64,000 bases of DNA from Octopus sinensis. Taxonomy: Eukaryota. A program made the translations under genes and the position numbers. Positions 38,919-52,008 of the stretch are shown here, piece by piece. Every line of letters begins with the position of its first letter. The first letter of the stretch is position 1. The notes below the pieces were generated by a model. The model worked only from the letters and a program-made list of their open reading frames with translations. It was not told where the DNA came from and ran no database searches. The stretch covers positions 90,148,001-90,212,000 of the forward strand of contig NC_043006.1 of the NCBI RefSeq assembly GCF_006345805.1. Direction: 5' to 3'.

Positions 38919-40084
38919 TAAGCATGTATGTATGTAGAATGTATGTTTATATGTGTCTTTGTGTTTGTCTCCTACAGCTTGATAACCAGTGTTGGTTTGT
39001 TTACATCCCTGTCACTTAGCAGTTTGGCAAAAGAGGCTGATAGAGTATGTACTAGACTTAAAAGTAAGTACTGGGGTTTTGACTAAACCTGTCAAGGTGG
39101 TGCTACAGCATGGCCGCAGTTAAATGGCTGAGATAATTAAAATATCAATGAAAGAGGGGGGGATCATAAGAAAATTTTGTTAGTTTAATTGCAGTGAAAA
39201 GTGAAGAATCTAACAGTTGAGGCCATTGCTCTTTGTGTGGGAATGAGAGGGAGCGAAACTGGGGGCAGTGGTGTGAATGAGAAGTAATTGAAATGAAAGA
39301 GTAATGAGATGGTGGAGGTGGGGGAGGGGGGAACGATGAGAAATGGAAATTCCAGGCATCACTTTGTTATTGATTAACTACAAATTACCCACTCTTCAAT
39401 TAATTTGGGAAAGAAAATGAAACAAACATTGAAAGTTTCCATGATACAGAAAAAGTTCAGAGGAAGGTGCAATAAGCAGAACGGCCATGGGAAGTGAAAG
39501 ATCAAATGAAAGATCATGGAGTGTGTGGTTCATCGTTAGCCCAAGAGAGATGAAGAGTATGTAATTCTGTGGTTTGGGCTGCAAAGTGAATCTCTCATTT
39601 ATCATCCTTTTTTCATATTTTCATGAGTTGGATGGAATCTATTGAGACAGATTTTTTATGCCTGGATGTCCTTCCTGTCACCAACCCTCACCTGATTCCA
39701 AGCAAGTAATATCCCCCTACCCCACTGCCATGGCCAGACATGTTTTTGCATAATACTAGAAATGAAAATAATACTACTTATATGACAGTAACACTCATTT
39801 ACAACTATCACAAGCTATAAAGACAAGGACACACACACACCACCACCACCACCACTACTACCACCACCACCACCACCACCACCACCACCAATTCAACCAC
39901 CCACCCCTTTCAGTCTCCATGCTGGTGTAGGCATATATATAACTGTATCTAAGGAGGTTGGTGACAAGGTCTCCTCTTGTACGCCGCACAATCACATCCT
40001 AACATAATAATAAGAGAAGCCATAATACATGGATATATTATACAGTGCCAAAGGAAATGAATGAAGGACGCCAAGGCGTTCTAC

Positions 40085-40871
40085 TGTTGGAGAAAGAGAA
40101 GATAGACTTTATTCACAGTGTACAAAGTGAGTTGTGGTTACTAGCGTAGTGTTGTGGTATGAATGCAGGCGTATAGTAATCGTGCCTGTGCGTTTGTGTG
40201 TGCAACAGAAGGTACAGATAAAGGTGCATGCGAATACAACAGAAATACAGAGCAGTCTCAGCATATTGAGTTAAGATAGAGTTTGTTTACTAGTTCATGT
40301 GGTACACGATAATAAGTTCTATAACAAGATTTGGGTCTCGAAGCGGAGACTAGTTGAGTCACTTTTGTGCAGGTTTCTCTTGATATAGATTGTTCTTTCA
40401 GATATATACTGCAACTGTTTTTCCGTGGTGAAAGTTTCACACAAACAGCGTGAGTTGAATCTGTGTAGTTGTGTACAAGTTGAAATCGACGGAGATGTAG
40501 ACGACATTGGTGATGACGTTCTGTCTGTCGCTGGTATACAATAGCGTCTTCATAGTATGGTTGGCTGGCTGTCGTCAGTTGAACTGGAACATGGCTGAGT
40601 AGCTCTGTGGTCAGTGACTAGACCTTAGAAGGTCTAAAACCGAAAGACAATGAATAGTGAAAATACTAGCTTATTTAAGGAGTGAAGATGGCTCAATTCA
40701 AAGATCCTATCCGAAGGCTGTGATTGGTCAGTTTACACACTGGCACAAAATAAGTAGAGAGACAGACTGCACTAGATGCTAACCAATCAGATCAATGGAC
40801 ACAACAGGGTTAAACTAGCCAAAGATGGTTGTAATCTCAAACGAGATCATTCCTAATATTTTTCTCAAACA
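40085..40871 (-). mobile_element. LTR-like element (787 bp), same family as 23758-24653
   Basis: Termini TGTTgGAGAAA / TTTCTCaAACA form a 10/11 inverted match. The minus strand has a CCAAT motif, a TATA-like cttaaataag and AATAAA 23 nt before the end, plus the shared 45-nt block. No TSD found. Confidence 0.6.
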
Positions 40872-40898
40872 GTGAGGATATCAATATTGCTACACTGG

Positions 40899-41016
40899 CA
40901 TACTTAAGACTTATACTTAAGACTTCTGACCATACTTAAGACTTATACTTAAGACTTCTGACCATACTTAAGACTTCTGACCATACTTAAGGCTTATACT
41001 TAAAACTTCTGACCAT
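40899..41016. repeat. Modular minisatellite (32/32/19/32-bp units built from tacttaagactt)
   Basis: catacttaagacttatacttaagacttctgac occurs three times, plus one 19-bp short unit. Confidence 0.9.
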
Positions 41017-41344
41017 CTCACAGTACCCCACCCCAACACACACACACACACCTTTACATCATTTATTATCATCAATCCCAGGACATTTTTGAGTTCTAAA
41101 ACTCATAGGATTGGTTCCCTGGTTCCCATGGAATGTAAATGACTGGAATGACCATGTGGTGCCTGAAAGAGATGCCAGTCCATTGCAGGGTTCCTTATTT
41201 ACAACTGAGTGGACTGGAGCAATGAGAAGTGAAGTGTTTTGCTCAAGGACACAATCCAATACCCAGTCCAGGAATTGAAACTACGATCTTTCAGTCATGA
41301 GTGCAACACTTTAACCACTAGGCTGCACACTTTCACATTAGTCT

Positions 41345-41708
41345 TCCTTTTATCTTTTATTATTTTTCAGTCATTAGGCTGTGGCCATGCTGGAGCACCA
41401 CCCTCAAGAGGCTTTAGTCAAAGGAGTCAACTGCAGTAGTTATTTTTTAAGCCCTGTACTTATTCTATCAGTTTCTTTTGCTGAACTGTTAAGTTATAAG
41501 GACATAAACACACCAACACCATTTCTCAACTGGTAGTGGTAGGAACAAACACACACACACATAACTGGCTTCTCTCAGTTTCCATTTACCAAATTCAGCC
41601 ACAAGGCTTTTTTTGGCCCAAGACTCTTGTAGAAAACACTAGCCCAATATGCAGTAGGGCTGAACCCAGGACGATGTGGTTGGAAAGTAAACTTCTTACC
41701 ACACGCCT
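41345..41708 (-). mobile_element. SINE family A copy
   Basis: Same head and tail as the other copies. Confidence 0.8.
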
Positions 41709-43572
41709 CCATATACTTTCCATATGCATCCCCAACCATGGGTACCACTTTCTCTCTGTCTCTTCATCACTTCAGTTTTAAGGGTTAATGTCCCTCAAAC
41801 AAAACACTAGCTTTTGAACCCTTCATGGCAATTGAACTTATTTGACTTCCCTCTGAACTCTACTCTCATACCCAAAACTCTTCTAAATGTTGCAGAAACC
41901 TTATATCTATTTCATTCTTCTTCCTAAATTAATTAAAGATAAGGTGACTTTTAGAAGCTCATAATTAATAAAAGTTTATTAATTACAAAATGACATCTGA
42001 AATTTTCATTTATTCCATGCAAATTGGAAACCAATTCCACCAGCAGTGACCTCTTGTATACAAGAAGTCTTATTAAAACATCAAATACACCAGAAACTAG
42101 CAGCAAATTTGTGAAGGCAACTGGAAATGACATTGTAATGGAATACTTTCACCAGTTAGTGCTCAATGAGATCTGGAGTGACTGCTCGTATTTCAAGATT
42201 TTCCCCACCACATTCTATTCAGTATCATTATATTTTACAAGCATCAAATTCGAATAATAATAATACTAATAATAACAAATTAATATATAAAGAAATAAAT
42301 GAAACAAAAAGTTATATCACAGAAATCTTATTTTACCAAGAAGCTATAATGAAATAGATCCACGCTATAAATCTTTATTGTACTGATTGTTAATTTCAGT
42401 TTTCTTCATCTTGTTGTTCATCTTCCTCTTCTTCTTCTTTCCCATCCTGCTTTGCCATTTTTAAAGTTTCAGTCAGTCAGCATTAATTGTGTCTTCTTTT
42501 AAATAAAGTGTTGTTTGGTTCACTTTAATGTTTAAAATTGATTTAGATTATGTTAGAAACCCCTGCCAAACCACCACCATCACCACACTCTCACCCCCCA
42601 CACTTCCCCATCAACCCTCACCACCACCGCCACCACCACCACCGCCACCACCACCACCACCACAACCAGACATCTTATTGCCATATATTCCTGAGCTGTC
42701 AGTATTAGTTTTTACACTTGACAACTTGTGACCTTAGATTGATCATTGTCATTTCCGAATTGAGTGTTGAAGCAAGCAAAAATCAGATGGCCTCTAGAAG
42801 TTTGTGTCCACACAGCAATAGACATCAAGTTTATCAGGAAAGATTCTATATTAATAGCAAATGCATTCATCTTCTTTAAGATATTTATTTAATTCTTAGC
42901 TGCTGACTCTTAGTAGAAGTGATATTTAGGTGTATAGCATAATATCAATATATTTGACACGAGCGCTTTATAGGTCACCACACAACAGTTTATGAGCAGA
43001 AGCATTGTCAAAATATTCTGAAAATGAAATATGAGATGTTTAAGCCTGATATTTCTATAAATTAAGAAGCAGGAAGTAATGTCTGGTTATAAAATAAGGA
43101 TAATGAGTAAATTAGTGGTTTTTATATTGTGTCTAATATTTTGATCAATAATAGCTGCATGGGATAACGAACATTTTAATAAACTATCTCATGAATAATG
43201 AATTGGATCGTGAAACTTTAAATTAACCTAATGAAAAGAAGAAGGGGGTAAAGAAAGAAGAAAGGAAGGAAGGAAGAAAAGAATAATGAGTTAAATTTTC
43301 TTGAAATTTTACATAAAATTCCAAAACACTTGGAAATTTTATTTTTCCAAAATAACAAAGAATTAAAGTAAAAAAAAAAACGGGAAGAAAAGCATAATTT
43401 CTCTTTCCAGAATTGTTGTACTTGAATGGTAAGTGAGTTAATCAGAGAACAAGTAGAAATTGAAGCAATTACAATGTGGGAGAGTTCATTTTTAATCATT
43501 TAACAATGCACAAAAACAGTTAAATTAACCTTTCCTTTTTTTTTCCTTTTTTTTCTGTATATTTCCTAAAAG

Positions 43573-43819
43573 TATTTTACATCATAAACTGTCCGAAAGT
43601 TTCGTCACAACTGCATCCATTGAAAGTCAGCAACCTGCAAGTGAGTTTCAAGTCTGTCTGGAGCAGAGGGGGAGGATGACTTTGCTCTGTAAGCTTTTTC
43701 TTTTCCCTCTCTTCGTTTTATTTGTTTCTTTTCTCACTTCCATTCAACTTTCAGCTAATTTCACTCTTAACAACCTGTACGACATAAAATCAGCCAACTG
43801 CACATGTATCTCTTCCTGA
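43573..43819 (+). CDS. Candidate exon unit: ILHHKLSESFVTTASIESQQPA, with alternative donors at 43641 and 43689 and a second acceptor at 43755 (NFTLNNLYDIKSANCTCISS*)
   Basis: Very long pyrimidine tract ending in aaag|. Donors GTGAGT and GTAAGC are both phase 1, matching the phase-1 acceptor ttcaactttcag|. The whole 82-codon stretch is stop-free. Confidence 0.35.
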
Positions 43820-44149
43820 AGCCGCCCAAAATCAAACCACTGAAAAATTTGCAAATCTAATGAAGAAAAGTCCATTCCTTTCTTCTCTTGTTTATTGACA
43901 TTCCATAACATTCATAATTAAAATCAACAAATGAGTTGCTGGAGTTTAGCAATTTATTTTCTTAGGGGTTTTTTTTTTGTTTGTTCATTGTTAAAACTTT
44001 CTTGTATACTTGGATATATTATTTCTGAAGGGACTAAATTGGCCCTTAAATTTCATAAGGAAAATAATGCAAAAAGTTGAAGAAAAACCTTTTCTTTTTT
44101 CTTATTTGCAATGTTTGTATGTCCATGTTTGTTATTGATTGCATTTGAT

Positions 44150-44675
44150 TTATTACTAACACTGGTTGCACTTAGAAAGCACCATCTGAGGGTGGTCGAT
44201 GCCAGTTGCGCCTGACTGGCTCCCATGTTGGTGGCACACAAAATGCACCATTCAAATGTGGTTGATGACAATGTCTCCTGACTGGCTCCCATGCCGGTGG
44301 AAAATAAAAAGCATCATCCGAGCAGGGTCAATGCCAGTGCTGCCTGACTGGCTCCCGTGCTGATGATACATAAAAAGCACCATTCGAACATGGTTGATGC
44401 CAGTGCCACCTGACTCTTGTGCCAGTGGCACATCAAAAGCAGCATTTGAGCGTGGTCGATGCCCATGCTGCCTGGCTGGCTCCTGTGATAGTGGAACATA
44501 AAAAACACCCACTATACTCTCGGAGTGGCTGGCAATAGGAAGGGCATCCAGCAGCAGAACCTACACCAGATCAGATTGGAGCCTGGTGCAGCCTCCTGGC
44601 TTGCATGTCCTCAGTCAAACCGTCCAACTCATGCCAGCATGGAAAGCAAATCTTAAGCAAGGATGATGATGATGG
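44150..44675 (+). mobile_element. RTE-tailed non-autonomous element (family C) with about 5 diverged UTR units
   Basis: Repeated caccat(t/c)cga..gtggtcgatgccag units, aggaagggcatcc and a gatgatgatg tail. Confidence 0.85.
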
Positions 44676-47600
44676 TCTCTTTCCATTGTCTTTTTTTAAG
44701 GTATCTGTGGGTTTTCTTTTTTCTTAATTATTAACCATCATCATCATCATTCACCTTCCATGCTGGCAGGTCAGAGGACTGCACTACGCCCTACCATCTG
44801 CTTTAACATAGTCTTTACAGCTGGATGCCTTTCCAAACAGCAACCACTTAACAGAGTGAATTGGGTGCTTCTGATGTGACACCAGCACTGGCAGGGCTCT
44901 GCTCTGGCATTGCTTCTATGGTTGAATGCCCTTCCAAAGGCCAACCACTTTACAGAGTGGACTGGTGCTCTTTACATAGCACCAGCACTGTCGAGGTCAG
45001 CAAGCAATTTGCAAGGCAGAGATCCTTTGAGGCAGTGGGGTATTGAAGGAGGCAGCTCTGTGCCAGGTGATGAGGGATTGTAGTATGACGGGGGGTGGGG
45101 GCAGAAACAGGTGTCTTGCTGTAAAGGAGATACATGGTTACAAGAGAGAGAGAGATGGTGGTGATGTGGCAGGGCATATTCTGAAGGTATGAGGATGTGA
45201 ATATAAATAGGATGGTAGAATTATTGACCAAGATGAGTAGGGAGCTCATGTGAAGGCAAAAGGGGTGGGACAGTGACTGGTAAAACCTAGGTGTATAATC
45301 ACACATGCACAATATTATTTTTAGCACAAATGTTTATTTATATTAAAACAGTTCTATTTGGTGATAATACCAATTTTCAGGATCATCCAACCACATGTAA
45401 GTACCCTATAAGCATTTGAATAAACAAGCCCATATTTAACTATTTTCAGTTCAGTCACTGCAGGACAGTTATTTGACTAAAAAAAAATTTCAACAGGATG
45501 TCATGAGTTGACAGAATATAAAATAAATTCTATGTTTTTATCAGTAGCCCTTTTGTATGTGAGAGTAAAGGGAGTTATTTCTTTTTAAGACAGAAATTTG
45601 AATGTGTGGGGTTACTGTGTTGTTGCTGTTTTGAATTTTGAACTTAGGGCTCTTTTGTCAGTTTTCATTTTGAATTCCTCTTTATTTTCATTTTTTATTT
45701 GTATTGTTCCTTCATTTTATATCTAAGCAGGAGTTGAACAAATATTTATAATAAGGACATTGTTTTACAGATTGGTACCCTTTCTCTCACTTTTCATTTT
45801 TCAAGTAAAGTTACTGTTTATTTTTTTTATTTCACTTCAAAACCACAGAGATAGAGGGTGATTTGTTGACACTGGCCATCAGCATAACAATATGGTTTTC
45901 GCTCAAAACTTTCATACATGGAATATAAACATTCACAAAAAAACATATATCTACTTACACACATGACAGACTTCAGTATTGTTTCTTTCTACCAATTCCA
46001 CTTCTAAGGCATTGGTTAACTAGAGGCTATATTAGAAGACACTTGCCCCAAACTACTACGAATGGAATAGAATTCAAAACCATATCAAAACAAACAACTG
46101 TATTCTCATGGCTATGATTGTATTTGTTGTATATTTTTAAGCAATATCATTATTTTTATAAATAGTAGTCATTAATAAGATTTTTGAAAAAAAATTCTCA
46201 GGGGTGGATTTAAAAAGTTTGGTGGAATTTTTTGCTGTTTATTAATAAATTGTTGCAAAGTATATTTGAAATATCTGCCTGAAGTATAAGTCTATTAATT
46301 TTAGATTCATTCTAAGCTGATGTAATTTAACTGATATTTCCATCTCTTTTCAGTATTAAGCTTCGGTAAAGAAAAAATAAATTCAGCAAATATCTATAGA
46401 TAGCAATATCAAATGTTGGTTCACTATACCAACAGAATAAACATTATATAGAACAAAATCTTGATGCATAGTCTTCCAAAGAGCTGCTGTATGGACAAAA
46501 TTCTTTAATCTCTATATACATGACAACATTATATCTCCCTCACCATATACAAGTAGCATCTTAATCTGAAGATATTTCCTCCAGGATATAACCATATACC
46601 GACTTCAACCATGCGCTTACAAATAAATATTCACAAGATTAGGTTACATTAACAGCAGCAAGAGCACACAAACTATCACTGCAAAATCTCTCATCGACAA
46701 CATTACAGAACATTATCAGAAGCATCTCAAATTTCATTTAACAAAAACCAACAAGCCACACACACACACACACACAATAGACACAAACATCCTAGGTATT
46801 ATACGGATTGCATCATTAACTCTGAAGCCAGTGGTGGTGGTGGGGAGACTCCCATACCAAAGTCTCATAAATTGAGTTCTGTGAAAAATACTGGGGTTTC
46901 TAGAAGATAAGGTGTCTTTTAATAAATTTTTGATAAAAATTTATTTTATCAGAACAAGATCTTCGCTATTTTCAAAATAATAAGTTATATGTTGTTTGTT
47001 TCTGTAAGAATAGATGTGTAGTTAAAGAATGGCATGGTTGAGAAGCGAGTGGGATATTGGGTTCAGTCCTCTTGCAGAGCAAGTCTCTTCTGGTTGGGAA
47101 TACTGTAGTCTTGGATTGGTCGTAGTTATTGTAAATACATCTTTGAAAAGCAATTTACTTCATATTTGTTCAGAAATAACACGTGCTGTGTTTACAAGCA
47201 GAATACATATTGGAAGGAGATGAAAAGCATCCCAGTAGAAGTACCTGGCGAGAACCCTTTGGGGGCCTTGTGTGTGGCAGACTCACAACCAGCCACATAC
47301 CTAGATAAAATTTGTCATCTCTTGTGTGTAGGGAACAATAAATAAAGCATTTGTTGGTATTGTGAATAACCGTACAGCTGAATAAAAAGAAAAAACCTTT
47401 TATATGCAACTGAAGCAAATTTAAATTAAAATAGTCATCTATGTATCATACTTAATGTAAATAAATCACTGAAAATCAATTCACTGAGACTGAGAAGATC
47501 ACTTTACTCAATCTACTAAAGTCTACTCAAAAGATTTCTGAGAAATCCAGGGTTGCTGACCATGAGCCACGGCTGCCTCTCCTGTTTCATGTTTAGCTGC

Positions 47601-48656
47601 ATCATTTGAAAATTCCATCATCCATAAAGAGTCTGACAATATTGGAAACTCAAAAGAGTACAATAAATATCTTTTCTTCAAACTATAGTCTGTCATATTT
47701 ATTTTTCATTTACATCCTGTGAGGAATTTTCTGAAAATTATAATGCAGGAGGTAGACAGTCAGAATGTATAGTACAATATTCCTTGGGTTGTTCAAGAGT
47801 TTTACCTCTGTTTCTTCATGCTAACATGGGTCAGATGAATACTTATTTCAGAGGCACTGTTTCACAACAAAATTACCTTTATGTTGTTAACCTTTATCTG
47901 TTTTCAAAGAAGGGATGATTTGTGGATGAGGAATGTCAACATAACATCATTTTTTCTTCAAAGCTTTTCTGTGAGGATGTGGAATTTAAACATGTTGGTG
48001 TTCCATGCAATATTTCTCTAAAAATTCCATTCACAAGCCATAGATCAATGTGAAACTAGAGTAGAAGACATTTTCTGAGGGTGCCACATGATGAAATAAA
48101 ACTCAGGACCAAGGAGTAACTATGTGAACTCTATATCTACAGACCAATGCCTCTGCCACAATGTTTTGGTCTACAATAGCACACAAGGTTTCATGCAAAA
48201 CGAAAAAGAGGAATCTACTTACATCTCAATCTACAACTCTGTCGACTGCTTGGAGTTGCTAGGATACCAATGGTATGATACTATGGTGTAACATTGTAGT
48301 CTAATATTTGCTCAGAGTCAATGAGGCTCCCCAAACAAATAAGCAAACATTTTTATGAATACAAAGAGCTGCTTTGTGTGTGTGTGTGTGTGGAAGGGGT
48401 CCTACTAAAACCATAGTATCCTATGTTTGTTCTTAAAGTCAGAATCTTTGAGGCTGCAGAAAGTTTTAAATTCTTCTTCATCTCATTATAAAATTCTTTC
48501 TTTCATTTGCAAGTTAGATTTTTGCTTTTTCAATATCATAATTTTTAGTTATATTTGGATAGAATCATCATTAATAAAGCCCATGAACACAACCAACAGT
48601 TATTACTTGTCTATATATCACTTCTTTTTTCCTTCCATCTAAACAATTAAATGTTT

Positions 48657-49020
48657 ACTCTTTTACTTGTTTCAGTCATTTGACTGTGGCCATGCTGGAG
48701 CACCACCTTTAGTCGAGCAAATTGACCCCAGGACCAGTACTTATTTTATCGGTCTCTTTTGCTGAACTGCTAAGTTACGGGGATGTAAACACACTAGCAT
48801 TAGTTGTCAAGCACTGCTGGGGGGACAAACATATACACACACATACATGCATATATACATATATACAACAGGCTTCTTTCAGTTTCCATCTACCAAATCC
48901 ACTCACAAGGCTTTGGCTGGCCCAAGGCTATAGTAGAAGACACTTGCCCAGGGTGCCACGCATTGGGACTGAACCCGGAACTATGTGGTTCATAAGCAAG
49001 CTACTTACCACACAGTCACT
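48657..49020 (-). mobile_element. SINE family A copy
   Basis: Close to the consensus; matches 63455-63820. Confidence 0.9.
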
Positions 49021-49371
49021 CATATGCCTATGTTTGTTTATTTCCCCAAAATATTTTTCACTTAAACAGTCCATAGCTTTTTCAATCTGTATACAAATTT
49101 TCTTCAGTTAAAAAAAAAAAGAAATCAAGCATTTTTTTGTTGTTGTTGGTTATTTCCCAGTTATACACTTAGGATTCAAGGTCAGGCTTAAAACCACACC
49201 TGGAGAGCTTCACAATTAACCCCTACACCAGGAAAACACAGGCACAAAACTGCTCTGTTTGATGAAGCTGCACTAACAGAGGTGACACCTCCTACAAATA
49301 GAACAGGATTGTTGCAGGGACACCAAGAAAATGTGAATTATGCAAATCTAATTGCTTGCCTTCCTTCGCAG

Positions 49372-49511
49372 CAGTCAGTGCCAGACTTGTAGCAGAACCT
49401 CCCAAGCATGCATCAGAGACCGATTGGCCACAAGCAGTCACACGCCCTGTCCTCTTCTTCCAAAGTGATATCCTTGCTCATCACCTAAAACAATGGATGA
49501 ACAATGAATAA
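49372..49511 (+). CDS. Candidate terminal exon (xVSARLVAEPPKHASETDWPQAVTRPVLFFQSDILAHHLKQWMNNE*)
   Basis: Branch-point-like ctaat and tract gcttgccttccttcgcag| (NAGNAG). The phase-1 frame runs 46 codons in a GC-richer island. Confidence 0.3.
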
Positions 49512-52008
49512 TAATAATAATGATCCTTGAGATTCTTTCAAAGTTCCCAGTAATTATTAAACAAAATTGCTAATTGCTCTAATGAGAAGAAAGCAGTGAG
49601 TTTGTTTTTATAAAAAATATGGCCAAAGAAATCTACCTCAAGGGAATGATCAGTATTCTAAATGCAAACATGGTAGGGTCTCACATATGTAATAATACAA
49701 TGAGATGAAAAACTTCAGTAAGGTGAAGCTGTCCATAGAGATCAAGATGGTGATATGACTGAACTGTTTGCACATTGGATGGAATGCTTTGTGGATTTTC
49801 TGGGGTTTTTTTTTTAAATCTCAAATTGTGCCACAGTCAACTTTGCTTTTCATGCTTTCAAGGTCAATAAAAAAAAAGCGCTGGACAAGTACTGGGGTTG
49901 GTGCAATCAATTTCTCCCCTCCCCTCAAAAGTTGCCAGCCTTAAACTCAGAAATTTGTTTTTATCCATTTTTTTTGGGGGGGGGGGGTAAATTTCACTTC
50001 TATAGACAGGTGAAAATTAATAAACAGGTGTAAAAGCAATGACTTAATAGATAGACTCTAAAACTGAACTGTTATATTTTACCTATTTGCTTTGTCACTA
50101 AAATTCTCCACCAACCCAGATGCCGACCACCAACAATTTCACCATCTTACAAGATCAGGTACATTAATTTGAATTAAAATGTAGGTATAATCAGTACAAG
50201 ATTTCGTTCTTACTGAGTTTCAAACATTCTCATAGAAAAGAGAACATAAAACTCTTTTATTAGCAGTCAATTTACCATCGGCAATGTACTCTTATAGAAT
50301 TTATGAAGAAAAAAGAAATTGTTAACAAGCGAGACAGATGAATAAAGGTGTATACATAGAGAAAACTTATCCATATTTCCCATTTTGACACATTGCATTG
50401 AAATTCAAGGAATACATAATAAGTACATTCTTGTCAAACTAGAAGATATATTTATGCTATAATCCTACCATGGAATTGTCCAAAGAATCCTTTACACTCT
50501 CACACTTTACAAAATGAATGCTTAACAGATTTCAACTTGATATTCTTCACAAGATTCTTCTCTTTGCCTAATGAGTACATTCTGCATCATTTTTCATTCC
50601 TTTTATTTTTTCAGTCTTATGGAATTTACTTCACTGAAAAGGTCTGATAAGACTGGAACATGTTCATTACTTTATTTGATAACCAGCTGATCTAGCAAGT
50701 GGGGCCTCATTTCAGTGAGTGGGGCTGGTGCACATTGATGTCGTTGAGAGGTAGGCCCCGAAACGGCGTGCATTCTCTCCTGATGACCCCATACACTTGC
50801 TGCCTTCCGGTATGCGGAATTTTTGACTGGTAGCACTTGCATGTGCAAGTTGTTTGCAAGACATCGCTGATTGGCTGTGAGGACTAGATCTACAAACTAC
50901 AAAATTTCTATTTTCAAAAATACTTGAATAGTTGAGCTTTGGAAGTTTGCTTCAGTTCCGCTGGATGGTGCCTGAGCCAAGTGGTTTCTACTACAGCTTT
51001 AAGCCAACCAAAGCCTTCTGAGTGGATTTATTAGGCAGAAACTGAAAGAAGCTTGTCATATGTGTGTGTGTGTGTGTGTGTGTGTGTATTACTGACTCCT
51101 TGCTTTGGTATTGAGTGACATTTGTATTACAAGCATTCCCATCATGCAAGCAGCCTCCCTTGTTTTCCGTCTTATGCCAGGCAATGGAAAAATATTACCT
51201 TACTTGGAAACTGGTGAAGGTTAGTGACAGCAAAGGCATTCAACTGTTAAAAATCCACCTTAATAAAATTCCATCTCACGTGTGTGAGCAGGGGGAAGTG
51301 GATGTCAAAATGACGATGATGATGATTAATTTTTAAAAAATATCTTTTAGTTAACAAGAAAAGCAAAAGAACATTACACAAAAGACTTTGGATAACTTTT
51401 CGAAATTCCTGGCTTGTCAGTGCTAACGTAAGGCATTTCCAGTTTACTAACGGCTAAGTCCAGGTGGGTAGGAAGGTGGGAGTGATGACCGAAATGAATG
51501 GACCGGTTCTCAGTGAATACCAGTTGGGTGTAGGAGAATACAGATAGGAAAGAGAGCACAAACCCTTAGCAGTCAGGATAATATTGGATCCAAGTGGTGG
51601 TTAAATACATACACACACAAAAACACACACATATATATATGTAGATTTGTAGATCATCCTCATTTACTGTCCATTTTCCAAGCTAGCCCATCTTGAATGG
51701 TTTGACAGGATCCAACAAACCAGAGAAATGGATTGAACACCAGTGTCTGTTTTGGCATTGTTTCTATGCCTGGATGCTCTTCCAAACACCAACTTTATCT
51801 CTAGATGAAGGAACAATGGCCATCACTAACAAGTATGACTTAGTAGCATATATAACTCTGAAGCTATTCGTTTTAGGTTCTAATCTCAGCAGACAGGCCT
51901 TCTTGTCCTTTGATCCAACAAAACATTAAAGATATGACATCAAGAAGGGAAAAAGAAGGACTGCACCAAAACTCAGCTGGTGCACATTTACAGACTTGAA
52001 CAACATGA

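Noticed and set aside
50745-50800. Hammerhead-like words (ccccGAAAC and CTGATGA) in a GC-rich island
   Set aside because: No valid stem III plus NUH cleavage site could be built in either topology.
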